The notes beneath the pieces were generated by a model. The model did no database searches, had not been told where the DNA came from, and saw only the letters and a program-made list of their open reading frames with translations. Both the position numbers and the translations under genes were made by a program. Positions 1 to 10,841 of a stretch of DNA of 64,000 nucleotides are shown here, piece by piece (position 1 is the stretch's first letter; the number at the start of each line of letters is the position of its first letter). This stretch comes from Thermoproteota archaeon (GTDB lineage Archaea > Korarchaeota > Korarchaeia > Korarchaeales > Korarchaeaceae), in assembly GCA_026986575.1 (NCBI GenBank), contig JALSOH010000004.1, positions 800,001 through 864,000 on the forward strand. Reading direction: 5' to 3'.

Positions 1-608
1 ATTGGATAGGTTCATATGGCGGCCTTCTCTCCATTCTGATGGGAGATGCCGATCTTTCAGGTATTCATCTGCTAGATCCTAGAACTGGTGAGTACAACAC
101 CCATGTAATGCGCGAGATTTTCCCCAATGGAGGTGCAATCCTCATTAGGGGATATTATAGGGAAGTGGGATGGGCATTTAGGAAGGGCTACTCCTTCAAA
201 GTAGAGGATCTGTTCATGGGAAAGGCCATCCTCGCTAACAGAAACAAGGGATCGGGCATGAGATTACTCCTAGACAGGTTACTCTCGAGAGAGGCATATG
301 GAAATGGATTACCTAGAGAGTCGATAAAGGGTATCAAGGGATATAAGACCGAATATTCGGCCCACACGGAGGCCTGCCTCGCAGTTGTTGAGGGTAAGGC
401 CGATGTAACCCTTACAGTACTCCCCGCGGCTGAGATGTATGGATTGGAATTTGAGAGCATAGGATGGGAGAGATACGACTTCATAGTGAGAGAAGGGGTT
501 AACAGCGATATCATAGAGGATGTACTCGAAGTCATCAAGAGGGGAACTCCGCCCAGAGGCTACAGGATTCCATCGAACTTCGGCTCCCCTGTCAATTTCG
601 TACAATAA
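1..608 (+). CDS. Periplasmic-binding-like (PBP_like, molybdate/tungstate-type) domain; 3' part of a MoeA-PBP or HTH-PBP protein, 5'-truncated by the window edge
   Basis: Frame is open from nt 3: WIGSYGGLLSILMGDADLSGIHLLD...NRNKGSGMRLLLD...GY..E...H...A..V..GKAD...ERYDF, typical PBP_like motifs. Confidence 0.75.
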   Translation, partial: WIGSYGGLLSILMGDADLSGIHLLDPRTGEYNTHVMREIFPNGGAILIRGYYREVGWAFRKGYSFKVEDLFMGKAILANRNKGSGMRLLLDRLLSREAYGNGLPRESIKGIKGYKTEYSAHTEACLAVVEGKADVTLTVLPAAEMYGLEFESIGWERYDFIVREGVNSDIIEDVLEVIKRGTPPRGYRIPSNFGSPVNFVQ

Positions 609-626
609 AAAGGGGAAGGTGTGGGT

Positions 627-1572
627 TCATGGAGGTAAGAACACCGTCATCACACCTGCCTCCAAGATGGTCACTCTAAGTAGGAACCCTCCGACTAGTA
701 TGAGTGCTGATCCAATCAATGGTAAGATGCAACTTCTAGCGATGTTTTTAATGGCTCCCTCCTTGGCATACTTCGTTCTTAGATAGAACACTAGCATGAG
801 GAAAGCTGCACCTACTATAGCCAGATCTAGATAGGCCCAGAAAGTACGTGATACTTCCCCAAAGAGCATCATATTTACCTGCAGCTGCTGCCTCGTTGGG
901 CCCGTAAGAGTATATGTAGTAGTAAACTACAACTATCGAGAGCTCTATTGCAGTTGCTATAGCACCTCACTTGGCCATCTTGGTGCAGTGATCCCTATAC
1001 CTAGCCCTCTCCTCCTCTGGTACCCTCAATCCCTCTGCTATGTTAACTACGGCAACGAGAGCAATTCCAGTAGCTAAGGCACTGGCAACGAAGAGCGCCG
1101 GGAGCCCAGGAGAGTGCCAGAACGGAACGGCCTTTGCCACGCCCAGTAGTATGCCCGTGTAGGTCGCTACCCCCAACCCGAGTATTGAGGCTATCCATCC
1201 TAGGAGCCACATCCCTGATTCGCTTTCGGCCCAAGGAAGCCATTTGAATGGTTTGAAGAAGGCAGCCGTGTAGAGAAGCCCAAATGCTATGAAGAGCATT
1301 ATCAACACACTGCCCTTAAAGATCCAGGAATCGACCTTGAAGGAGGTTATGGTGAGGTAGAAGAGCTCTGGCTTCTCCAGATCCATTATTAAGAACAGAA
1401 CGCCAATGACAACTGAAACCAGCGATAGCACTGCCGATACTGCCGCCACGCCCTCCTCCTTCCTATAGGTGTGGAAGTAATGGGCGAAGAGCATGGAAGC
1501 ACCGCCCATTCCACCCAAAAAGAGGTAAGCAGCTATAAGCGGCCCCCAAACCTGCTGCACCAGAGGATCCAT
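627..1572 (-). pseudogene. psrC: NrfD/PsrC-family membrane anchor of a polysulfide/thiosulfate reductase-like complex, disrupted
   Basis: WGPLIAAYLFLGG, LIMDLEKP, YTGILL..AKAVPFW and GGFLLRV motifs; in-frame TGA at 969-967; the reading continues GAIATAIELS... and needs a one-base shift near 878 to join MMLFGEVSRTFW. Confidence 0.85.
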
Positions 1573-1583
1573 ACAAACACCTC

Positions 1584-2145
1584 CTAAACTTGGATGGATC
1601 TCCTTATATAGAACACCTTGGGCTTGGTCCCTAGATCAGGTCTGAGCGGTACAGCAGTCCCTGATGCCACTAGCTTGTATACCTCGCTGTCAGGATCGTC
1701 TAGGTCGCCGAATATCCTTACATGGCCAACACAAGTCTCAACGCAGGCTGTTCCAGACCTTTAACTACCCTGTTATCGAAGCAGAAGGTGCACTTATCTA
1801 CGGATCTGATTCTATGGTCCACGTACCTCGCGTTGTACGGGCAGGCGACTATGCAGTACTTGCAGCCAATACATAGCTCGTGATTCACTAGCACGACTCC
1901 ATCCTCGTTTACATAGCTCGCGCCAGTTGGGCAGACAGAGACACAAGGGGGATTTTCGCAGTGCATGCACAGTCTAGGAATGAACATCCTAGCAACATTT
2001 GGAAATTCGCCAAAGAAGAACTCTGGAACATGAGTTCTCCTCTTCCCTTCCCTCCAAGCGGTATCATTCTCTAGGTCACAGGCGGCGATACAAGCCCCAC
2101 AACCTATACAGCTTCGGGTATCTATCACCATGCCGTATCTACCAT
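1584..2145 (-). pseudogene. psrB: 4Fe-4S dicluster subunit PsrB/NrfC, disrupted
   Basis: CIGCGAC, CMHCENPPCVSVCP, CIGCKYCIVACPY and DKCTFC motifs; ATG 2145 (after a GGTGA RBS) is one base out of frame with RYGMVID; near 1745 CAGCCTGCGTT lacks one CCTG unit needed for QPACVETC; the other frame continues ...[13 protein letters not shown]...[12 protein letters not shown] to TAG 1584. Confidence 0.88.
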
Positions 2146-2155
2146 AAATATCACC

Positions 2156-4664
2156 TTATACTCTCTCAACCTTAACTAAGATTTCCTGAGTCAGAGCATT
2201 TGGTAACAGCTTGAATGGTTTATCAAACTGAGCCCACAATTTGTTTAAAGCCACACCCCTCACTTTCCTAGCAAAGGCAAGCTTGTTGCTCTCCTGGCCC
2301 CACCCTGACACAGTGAATATTGTATCAGGCCTAATCGCCTCAGTTACAAAGGCCACGGCCACGGTGCTATTTCCCGACTGTAAGCTGGTTAGTCTCACTA
2401 GATCGCCCTCCTCTATCCCTAACTCTTTGGCCTTTTTGGCGTTTATCCAAACTCCGAAATGCGCTTTTCTTCCTATGGAGAGTAGCAACTCGTTGTCGGA
2501 TGTGTGGGTATGACTCGTTATTGGACTCCTGCCGTAAGTTAGGTAGAAGACATCGCCTCCGGCCCTATTGTGAACTCTTGGGGGTACCCACTCAGGTAAC
2601 GGGCTCCATATAGGGTCTTTACCAGCCTTAGCGGTTATGGCAGCTAGCTTGAAGCTGTATATCTCGACCTTCCCTGAGGGGATGTTCAAAGGCTTCTTAT
2701 AAGGCATAGTACCCACCAATTTCTCCCTAGGTACCTTAACTACGACTCCTTTGCTCTCTAGGTCGCTCAGTGAAATGCCCTTCGCCTCGGCAAGGACCTT
2801 TCTGAGTCCAGCAATGCCTTCACTCTCATAACCCTCCATAAGCTTCTTGTAATCCTTGAATCCCATTATGGCGGCGACAGCCTTGAAGTAGGCCTCCCTC
2901 ATACCCAACTTGTCTGCTATGCCCACTAGAATGTCGATCATTGGTCTACTATCATAGAGGGGCTCAACAGCCTTGTATGCAGTGTACACAGCCGCATCCG
3001 GAGTGAAGCCAATTCCGAATAGTGGATCGTCCCTCTCTAGGTAGGTGGTATCAGGCAGTATGACATCCGCATACATGGCTGTGTCCGTGGGCATGTTGTC
3101 AATTACAATGACGTCTTCTAGCTTGAGGAATATTTCCTTGACCTTCTTATCATCGGGCAGTGTTCTGACCCAATTACCTCCACCCAAGAGCAGCGACTTT
3201 ATGGGATAGGGATCTCCATGTACAACTGCATCATATAATGCGAGCACGTTTGCTTGTGCGTTGTTCACGATTATACCCTTCTTCTTGGACCATTGAACAT
3301 CAAATCTTGCATCTGGAAGCGGTTTCGACTTTACAGATCTACCAGCTGCGTTGAATACTAATCCACCTGGCTTATCGATGTTACCGACCAGCGCATTTAA
3401 GATAGCAACCATCCTCCAAGTCTGGACCGAGTTTTCGTACTTGGGGTCATGCCACCCCGGATCAATGACGGATGGCCTGTAAGTCCCAAACTCAACGGCA
3501 ACCTTCTCAATGAGATCAGCGGGAATGTCGCATATCTTGGCAGCCCAATCTGGTGAGTAGCTCTCCAGTTTCTCCATCATAACTTGGAACACTGGCTTTG
3601 CTTTGACTGAGGAACCGTCCTCTAGAACCAATGTCGAACTCGCCAGTTAGAGCCGGATCGGCCGCGCTGTCATGAGGTGAGACCCTATCCTGCTGGGCAT
3701 CGTAGACCAAGTATCTCTTCTTACCTGTATTCTCATCGGTCCATACCTTCACCGGTGTTCCAGTATTGGTGTCTAGTAGCATCGGGGCATTAGTGTACTT
3801 CTTCAGGAAGTAGTCGTCGTAAAGCCCCCTCTTTATCAGTACATGCCCTATCGCCAAGAGGAATGCCAAATCTGTCCCGGGTTTCAATGGGACCAATATA
3901 TCAGCAATGGCAGCACTCTCACTCAGTCTTGGATCCAGTACCACGATCTTCGCTCCTCTCTTCTTAGCCAAGGCTAACGTTGTAGCTTAGGGAACTCCCA
4001 AACTGCCCGCCAGGTTTCTCCTCAGTAGGATTATGTATCTGGCATTCTGGTGATCCGCCCTTATATGCGGGTGGCCTCCAGCGCCTATAGTTACCGTCCA
4101 AGCGAAGGCCTTTGGGAAGAAGCACATGGATGGTGGGCTCCCTAGGCCATTGGGAGAACCTATCATCTTCCCAATCCCGACTACGAAGGGCTTACACAGG
4201 GCGCAAGGAAGCCAGCCACCTCCACAGGCGAATGTTTTCGGATCCTCTTCCTTTCTCTTCTTCAGGATGTTGGCCACGTATTCGAGGGCTTCGTTCCAGC
4301 TTACCTCTTCGAATCCCTCCCAGCTGCCTCTCTTTCCCTTATCGGTTCTTATCATGGGAGACTTTATTCTATGGGGATTGTACAACCTCTCTATCCCTGA
4401 CTGGCCTCTGGCGCATATCTTGCCCAGGCTGTGGGGATCGTTTGGATTCCCATAGATCTTGACCGCTCTGCCATCGACGACCTTGACCTTTATAGCGCAG
4501 CGGTTTACACACATCGTGCAGATGGAGTGGACATATCTCTCCTCCCTGCTTTGGGTAGCGGCTTTCAACGCCCTGAATGCATACTCAGTAGTCCCGTAAA
4601 CTGAAGCTAGTGCTCCAGTTACCGCTGCTAACTTTAGGAATTCCCTCCTACTAATTGGTATCAT
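2156..4664 (-). pseudogene. psrA: Molybdopterin catalytic subunit PsrA/PhsA (TAT-exported), disrupted
   Basis: TAT motif SRREFLK, CTMCVNRC..C cluster, Cys ligand in PSMCF, ADVILPDTTYLER; in-frame TAA at 3989-3987 and a one-base frameshift near 3630 split it into three ORFs. Confidence 0.88.
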
Positions 4665-4689
4665 GTGCCTCACCTGGGGAAGCCCCATA

Positions 4690-4860
4690 AGGTACCACTA
4701 TGAAATTTTTAAAAATTTACAAATATTCATATGTTATTCTGGCTATGACAACGCTTTATTTGACGCATTATCCTGTATGGAGAATAATAAAATTGCATTA
4801 TGCTGCTATAGATAAACGATTAAAAATAAGGATATAACAATACTTTTTTAAAAAGAAGGG
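4690..4860. promoter_or_regulatory. AT-rich intergenic region containing the psrA promoter and the T-rich end of the SQR operon
   Basis: AAATTTTTAAAAATTT palindromic TATA-like tract at ~4703-4718 and TTTTTTAAAAAG at ~4844-4855. Confidence 0.45.
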
Positions 4861-4868
4861 GAGGGAAA

Positions 4869-5303
4869 TCACTCGCCACACTCGGAAGCGCAGCTTCCTA
4901 TAGCTTTGAGCGAATTGAATACTATTGCCAGCCCTCTCTGAATATCGGGATCCCTCAGCCTACTCAGCATACCAGTTAATGTCACCCTGTCCTCCTTTTC
5001 AACGGCTTCCGCAATCTTCTCTAGGCATTCAGGGGCTCCCAGAAATGAAGCTGACCCCATCAGTTCCGCTATAGCCCTCACAGTCTCCTCCTTGAGGAAC
5101 CCTCTCTGGAGTGCCACTAGGGAGAACAGTACTCCATACAGGTCATCGAGCATACCTGCCTCGGAGAACAACTCCAACTTACTCAGCAGCGCATCCATCC
5201 TATCTAGGTATTTTTCCAACTTATCCGCATTATCAAGCAGCTTCTCCAGCTTCTTTACCTTATCTGGATCGGATAGTATCTCACTCAGCTTGTCCTCAGC
5301 CAT
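4869..5303 (-). CDS. DUF1641 (helical membrane-plugin) protein associated with SQR
   Basis: C-terminal TLTGMLSRLRDPDIQRGL motif; GGAGG RBS overlapping the sqr stop. Confidence 0.85.
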   Translation of the reverse strand: MAEDKLSEILSDPDKVKKLEKLLDNADKLEKYLDRMDALLSKLELFSEAGMLDDLYGVLFSLVALQRGFLKEETVRAIAELMGSASFLGAPECLEKIAEAVEKEDRVTLTGMLSRLRDPDIQRGLAIVFNSLKAIGSCASECGE

Positions 5304-5315
5304 AATCAACACCTC

Positions 5316-6455
5316 CTAGATCATCCCGCTCAATATGCACCTCCAATACATCTTGTTCATAGCTAGCTTCATAGCGTGAAGCAGCCAGTTAGGTATCAAA
5401 CCGGGAGGGACGTCGTAGAAGTAGTTAGATACTTGAGCTGATGCCTTGCCCATTCCAGTCTCTATAACACAGAAGCTCTGTCCATCAAAGAGCTCCTTGG
5501 TACCCTCCCCAGTTATCTCAACTGCTAAGTTGTTAGCCAGTGTGGCGGCTTGGAAGTGCGCTATGACACCGGTCTTGGGTGTCGGAAGTGCAGTGGCGTC
5601 TCCTACTGCGAAGGCATCATCGTATCCCTCTACATTAAGGAAATACTTGTCAACGGGGATCCAACCCTCATCATCGCCTATCCCAGAATCCCTAACTACC
5701 TTTGCGCCTTGCTGGGGAGGTGTGAGTATCAATAGGTCGTATTCGAGTGAATCTCCTTCGAGTGAGTTGACCACCTTCTTCTCAGGATCTACCGTATCGA
5801 CAGAGAAGAATGTTATCACATCAATGCCCCTCTTCTTCATCTCGTCCTCTATTACCTTATTGAGGAGGTGTGGCGCATAAGCCCTGTCTATTGGGGAGAC
5901 ATACTTAATCTCTATCTTATCTCTCACGCCCCTCCTTCTGAATATCTCCTCAGCTAAGAACACTATCTCCAGAGGAGCTACGGGGCACTTGTAAAGCAAG
6001 CCACCTATTCCAACGATAACCTTGCCCTCCTTTATTGAGAAGAGCTTCTTCCTGAGCTTCATAGCTGCATCGTAGTTCCAGAAGTGATCAACGCCTTCAG
6101 TAAATCCGGGTATCTCATCCGGATTTAGGCTCGAACCAGTGGCGATCACCAAGTAGTCATAAGTTTTCTTTGTTCCATCGGATATCTCAACACTTCTATT
6201 GTCTAAATCTATTTTCTTAGCCTCCCCTTTAGTGAATTTCACTCCTTTCCTGAAAAGTTTAGGTCTTCTTCTGGAAATATCCTCCTTTTCCGCTTCCCCC
6301 GTAGCGACGAAAAGGAATCCTGGTTGGTACCAGTGAATATCGCTCTTGTCCACGACTTCTACCTCAACTTGGTCGGGGGATAGCTTCTTCACCAGCCTAT
6401 TTGCAAGAATAGTACCCCCATCTCCTCCGCCTAGAATCAGCACTTTCTTGGCCAT
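5316..6455 (-). CDS. sqr: Sulfide:quinone oxidoreductase-like flavoprotein
   Basis: GGGDGG FAD motif, HWYQPG, YKCPVAPLE, AVGDAT..PTPKTG, FDGQSFC. Confidence 0.85.
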   Translation of the reverse strand: MAKKVLILGGGDGGTILANRLVKKLSPDQVEVEVVDKSDIHWYQPGFLFVATGEAEKEDISRRRPKLFRKGVKFTKGEAKKIDLDNRSVEISDGTKKTYDYLVIATGSSLNPDEIPGFTEGVDHFWNYDAAMKLRKKLFSIKEGKVIVGIGGLLYKCPVAPLEIVFLAEEIFRRRGVRDKIEIKYVSPIDRAYAPHLLNKVIEDEMKKRGIDVITFFSVDTVDPEKKVVNSLEGDSLEYDLLILTPPQQGAKVVRDSGIGDDEGWIPVDKYFLNVEGYDDAFAVGDATALPTPKTGVIAHFQAATLANNLAVEITGEGTKELFDGQSFCVIETGMGKASAQVSNYFYDVPPGLIPNWLLHAMKLAMNKMYWRCILSGMI

Positions 6456-6605
6456 CGCTAACACCCATATATTCCCATCTGAGGAACTTCTGCTTCCCTC
6501 TAGTGTATAATTAAAATCTTCTTGAATGAACGTATAAACATAAGAAACTACAATAAAATTAGGGATGAATCCAGTGAATGAAAAAGTAGTGGTTGATGTG
6601 TGGGG

Positions 6606-6848
6606 TCATCTTGCAGTTACTTTTATTAGTGCCCTGATGACCCCACCCTCTTCCGTCAAGCTAAGGAGCTCATTGCCAGTTCTCTTGACCCAAGCCTCCA
6701 CATCCGCCTTGAAGCCCGCATCAGTAGCGAGTACCTCTATTATATCCCCATTCTTGGCCTTCCTGTATGCTTTGATTAGACTCGTGAGGGGTCCGGGGCA
6801 GGCAACACCCCTGGCATCAACGGTTACAGTCGGCTGAACATCTGACAT
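6606..6848 (-). CDS. tusA: TusA-family sulfurtransferase
   Basis: DARGVACPGP motif, IIEVLATD. Confidence 0.9.
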   Translation of the reverse strand: MSDVQPTVTVDARGVACPGPLTSLIKAYRKAKNGDIIEVLATDAGFKADVEAWVKRTGNELLSLTEEGGVIRALIKVTAR

Positions 6849-6857
6849 ACCGATCAC

Positions 6858-7265
6858 CTACACGAATATTACCTCGTAGTCCGACATCTCTGCTAAAAAT
6901 GTTGCGGCCCCCACAACGTCATCTACGATTGGGTCTACATGGTCTTTGGAGAAGCCCAGAGCTTCCATAGTCATGGAGCAGACCATGATCTTCACGTCAC
7001 CCAGCTCCTTAGCATCCTTGAGCATGTCGTACCAAGAGGGAGCTTTCATCTTGGCCATGCCCTCGAACATTTTCTGTCCCCACTCCATGAACTCTTGGGG
7101 TAACTTAGGCTCAGGTTTCTCCTTCATGAAGTAGGGTGTCGCAAAGCTGGTGACGAAGATCCTTACAGGCATGTCGTAATTGGCCGCAGTCTGGGCCAAG
7201 ACACCAGCCAAAACGAGGGTATCTGCTCTACCAGAGTACAGGACGATACCTAGACCCCTGGCCAC
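6858..7265 (-). CDS. DsrE/DsrF/DrsH-like (DsrE2-type) sulfur carrier
   Basis: VKIMVCSMTMEALG and VVGAATFL motifs; GTG start after GGTGA. Confidence 0.85.
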   Translation of the reverse strand: MARGLGIVLYSGRADTLVLAGVLAQTAANYDMPVRIFVTSFATPYFMKEKPEPKLPQEFMEWGQKMFEGMAKMKAPSWYDMLKDAKELGDVKIMVCSMTMEALGFSKDHVDPIVDDVVGAATFLAEMSDYEVIFV

Positions 7266-7446
7266 TAAGATCACCGCCTCAAGGCTTCTCGTCAACAATT
7301 TTAAGTTTGCGGTGGATCCGCAAATATTTGTGATCTAATCTATGGTCACCAGTTGGCCGAATCGCATGCCATCTAGATTATTGGAATCTTTGGGTTGGGA
7401 TGAAAAAGGAAATATTAAACACGTAAGAGATGTCCTCTGATGGAGA

Positions 7447-8403
7447 ATGGATCTAAAGGCAGTTAAATCTCTACTGGAGGAGAATGCTACGAGGACTTGG
7501 AACCCTCTGGGAGTGAGGGAATCCTACTGTAGTAAATGGGCCGAGGGACTGAATCTACCTAAAAAGGGAGATACTCTACTATACACTGGATGCCTCTATC
7601 AGATGATCCCCTATATCCAAACGTTCTCGGGCCTACTCAAGAGGCTCGAGGGGTTGGGTCCCTTCATATCCAATCTAGCGCTGACTATGGGAAGGCTCCT
7701 CAACTCTTTAGGGGTAAACATCACCTCAATAATGGGAATAGTCACATCCAGGGGAGAGAGGGAGAGGTATTTCTCCATCCTAAGGAGGATAGCAAATGCC
7801 CTAAAGACTGCTGGAGTTGACTTCGCCTATATGAAGGAGGAACCCTATAATGGAGTCCTCTATCACGATCTAGGGATGGACGAACTATTCAGGGAGCATG
7901 TCGTTAGATTGGCCAAGAAGATAAGGGAGACAGGTGCGAAGAAGGTGATCACGGTAGATCCCCATACCACCTACATGCTGAACTACCTGATCAAGGAGTT
8001 CGTGGATGACTTCGATGTCGAGGTTGTCCACTACATGGATGTACTGTTGGAGAGGGGATACACCCCGAAGGTCAGGGGGCCCAAGGAAGTGGTGATACAC
8101 GACCCCTGCTACTTGGCTAGGTGGAACGGAGTGATAGATCAGCCCCGCGCCCTGCTTACCAAGGCTGGTGTCAGGGTGAGGGAGCCGGAATTCTCGAGGA
8201 AGTTCACGGGCTGTTGTGGTGGTCCAATAGAATCCCTCTTCCCCTCACTGTCATCGAAGCTGGCTAGGAAGAGAATGGAGGAACTGAAGGCGAGCGGATC
8301 CCCCTGTTTCACTGTAATGTGCCCGATATGCCTCACCAACTTCCAGAGGGAGGCTAGGGAACTCGGGGTGAGGGTTTTCGATATCATGGAGGTGATCGAA
8401 TGA
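7447..8403 (+). CDS. CCG-domain Fe-S protein (HdrB/GlpC/LutA-like)
   Basis: LYTGC, VITVDPH, IHDPCYLAR, GCCGGP, MCPIC. Confidence 0.85.
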   Translation: MDLKAVKSLLEENATRTWNPLGVRESYCSKWAEGLNLPKKGDTLLYTGCLYQMIPYIQTFSGLLKRLEGLGPFISNLALTMGRLLNSLGVNITSIMGIVTSRGERERYFSILRRIANALKTAGVDFAYMKEEPYNGVLYHDLGMDELFREHVVRLAKKIRETGAKKVITVDPHTTYMLNYLIKEFVDDFDVEVVHYMDVLLERGYTPKVRGPKEVVIHDPCYLARWNGVIDQPRALLTKAGVRVREPEFSRKFTGCCGGPIESLFPSLSSKLARKRMEELKASGSPCFTVMCPICLTNFQREARELGVRVFDIMEVIE

Positions 8404-9578
8404 CCGACCTGACGGAGGTTAGCCAGCTGCTCAACAAGGTATCCGAGGATCCTGTCCTGAGGACGGCCTTGGATAGGGCCATAGCCTCTTACTGGAACAA
8501 AAGGAAGCAGGTTATGGAGAGGTATTCGTACATAAAGGAGCTCGCCGATGAGGTGAGGAGGATAAAGGAGTGGTCCATCGATCACATGGAGGAGCTGCTC
8601 GGTAGAGCCATAGAGGCCGTGGAGGCCAAGGGCGGGAGGGCTTACGTCGCCGAGACGGCTGAGGAGGCCCGGAAGATAATAGGAAAGCTGGTGGGAACCG
8701 GCAAGGTGGTGACCAAGGCCAAGAGTATGACCACGGAGGAGCTTAAACTTAGAGAGTTCCTGATTGAGAGGGGTAATGAGGTCTACGAGACCGATCTAGG
8801 AGAGTTCCTAGTTCAGTTCCTAGGTCCCAAGCCGATGCACTTCATATCCCCCTCGATCCACCTGACGAGGGAAAAGGTGGCGGAGTTCCTCAAGGACTTC
8901 ATGGGGGTCGAGGTGGATAAGGACGATGTGGAGGGGATGGTCGCCCTCGTCAGGAAGTTCCTCAGGGATAAGTACTTCAGCGCTGACGTGGGAATAAGCG
9001 GGGCCAATGCCTTCGCCGCCGACGAGGGAGCGGTCTTCCTCATAGAGAACGAGTCGAACATCAGGTTGTCCATCTCCCTACCTCCCAAGTACATCGCTGT
9101 TGTGGGTATGGAGAAGGTGGTGCCCACGATGAGCGATGCTTGGAAGGTAGTGGAGGTGATAAGCAGGTACGGCGGCTACAAGGTAACCTCATACATCAAC
9201 ACCGTGATGGGGCCCGCTAGGAGGGGGAGAGGGGATATCGGCCCCGAGGAATACCATGTCATATTCCTAGATAATGGGAGGAGGGAGGCATCTAAGGATC
9301 CCATATTGAAGCAGACCCTCTACTGCCTCAGGTGCGGGGCCTGCCAGTATCTCTGCCCCGTCTTCGGTGTGGTGGGTGGTTACTGGGCTGGACTCGAGTC
9401 GGCCTACTCCGGCGGGATAGGTGTAATGTGGGAGTACGTGACTGGAGACAAGGAGACCGCGACGCAGCACGCGTTCGTCTGCCTCCTCTGTGGGAGGTGC
9501 ATAGAAGCCTGCCCCATGAGGATAAACCAGCCTGAAGTCCTGAGGGAAATAAGAAGGAGGCTCATGGAGAAGATTTGA
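8400..9578 (+). CDS. LUD-domain + 2x[4Fe-4S] protein (LutB-like)
   Basis: KAKSMTTEE, ETDLGEF, GISGAN, ENESNIR, CLRCGAC..LCPVF, CLLCGRCIEACP; ATGA overlap with the upstream gene. Confidence 0.88.
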   Translation: MTDLTEVSQLLNKVSEDPVLRTALDRAIASYWNKRKQVMERYSYIKELADEVRRIKEWSIDHMEELLGRAIEAVEAKGGRAYVAETAEEARKIIGKLVGTGKVVTKAKSMTTEELKLREFLIERGNEVYETDLGEFLVQFLGPKPMHFISPSIHLTREKVAEFLKDFMGVEVDKDDVEGMVALVRKFLRDKYFSADVGISGANAFAADEGAVFLIENESNIRLSISLPPKYIAVVGMEKVVPTMSDAWKVVEVISRYGGYKVTSYINTVMGPARRGRGDIGPEEYHVIFLDNGRREASKDPILKQTLYCLRCGACQYLCPVFGVVGGYWAGLESAYSGGIGVMWEYVTGDKETATQHAFVCLLCGRCIEACPMRINQPEVLREIRRRLMEKI

Positions 9579-9603
9579 GGATTCATTTGCACCTCCCATC
9601 TTT

Positions 9604-10650
9604 TCATAAGAGTGGGCAGCTACCTTCTCCACTCACCTCGCCGCGAACCTCCCCATCCAGCCCAACTATTTCCCTCCAGAGTCTCCAAGTGTCGAAGCAG
9701 GGTAGTTTCGACACCCTGATGCAGCTGAGAGCGACCCTCATCTTACTGTCGAGGGCTGCCGACCTGCCGTCGTCGAGTAATATCACATGGAACTCCCTAG
9801 GGCCGTGGGCCCCATATGTCACCCTTTTTTCTATATCTCCCGTCTTGCTCGGACCCGCGACTATTCCAAGGAATGAGAAGTCCATCTTTCCGAACCTAGA
9901 GGCAAACTCAGTGACTAAGAAGGCATCCATATATTTGCTGACCACCTCCTCAATACCCGCCACTATGATGTGAATCTCCGGAGTCATGGTTACTAGCCTG
10001 TCGATGCCGCTATCGGGGAGGAAAGTCATCGCACCGGGATCGGCGGCCACGGCCCTGACCCCAGTTATCCCCACATCGGCTTTATAGAGGGCTTCCCTGT
10101 AGAGGGCCTCCAAGCCACCCAGAACATCTCCTTCCCCTATTCCAATCCCCATATCTTTGAGGAACCTCCTGACGGAATCGCCATCCAAATTCAAATGGGC
10201 TAGAGCGGGAGGTACCGCTGTGTCGAGCACATCATTCAATTCCCTGAGCCTCTCGCCCAGCTTGGATTCCTCGACGGCCCAGCTGAATGATTTGATGACG
10301 GTCTTACCCTCGCCCACTATATCACCAACTATTCTAGCGACCTCGTCGCCATTAGACGCCCTGTAACAGTGACCCTTGTTCTCCTCTATGTTCTCACAGG
10401 CCTCTTCAAGCAGAGAGCCATCTCTCAGTAGATCTAAGGCCCTCTCCCTTATCTTTCTGACCTCCTCCAGCATCTCCTGATCCACTTCACCGTAGCAGCA
10501 GGCCATTCTCCTGACGATGAAATCTGCCAGAGGGCCCCTAGCCCGGCCAGTGAGGGACAGGTCTATAAGATCCAAGTTAGACCTAGGTCGTTCTCCATCA
10601 AGTGCTCCGCTCAATCTAGCCAAGTCGTACAGCATTAATGAGATGCCCAT
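9604..10650 (-). CDS. Second, divergent LUD-domain protein (LutB/LutC-like)
   Basis: ADVGITG, GPSKTGDIEK...GAHGPRE.HVILLD; ferredoxin motifs reduced. Confidence 0.8.
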   Translation of the reverse strand: MGISLMLYDLARLSGALDGERPRSNLDLIDLSLTGRARGPLADFIVRRMACCYGEVDQEMLEEVRKIRERALDLLRDGSLLEEACENIEENKGHCYRASNGDEVARIVGDIVGEGKTVIKSFSWAVEESKLGERLRELNDVLDTAVPPALAHLNLDGDSVRRFLKDMGIGIGEGDVLGGLEALYREALYKADVGITGVRAVAADPGAMTFLPDSGIDRLVTMTPEIHIIVAGIEEVVSKYMDAFLVTEFASRFGKMDFSFLGIVAGPSKTGDIEKRVTYGAHGPREFHVILLDDGRSAALDSKMRVALSCIRVSKLPCFDTWRLWREIVGLDGEVRGEVSGEGSCPLL

Positions 10651-10841
10651 CACCCCCGACCCCCCCGGTCCATAAAAGATAGATTTTTCGAATCACCCAA
10701 CTCCTTGGGGAGAAGACAAGGCGTTCCACGGGTTGCCAAGGCATGCCAAGACATGAGCACCGGACCCGCGCTGTGAAAGGTTTCACGCTGTTCGTACCAT
10801 TTCAATACGCTTAAAGTCCAGTGACAGTCCATCCACCGTGT

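Noticed and set aside
967-969. In-frame TGA in psrC as selenocysteine
   Set aside because: Not a Cys-equivalent catalytic position; the gene also has a frameshift and the rest of the operon is decayed
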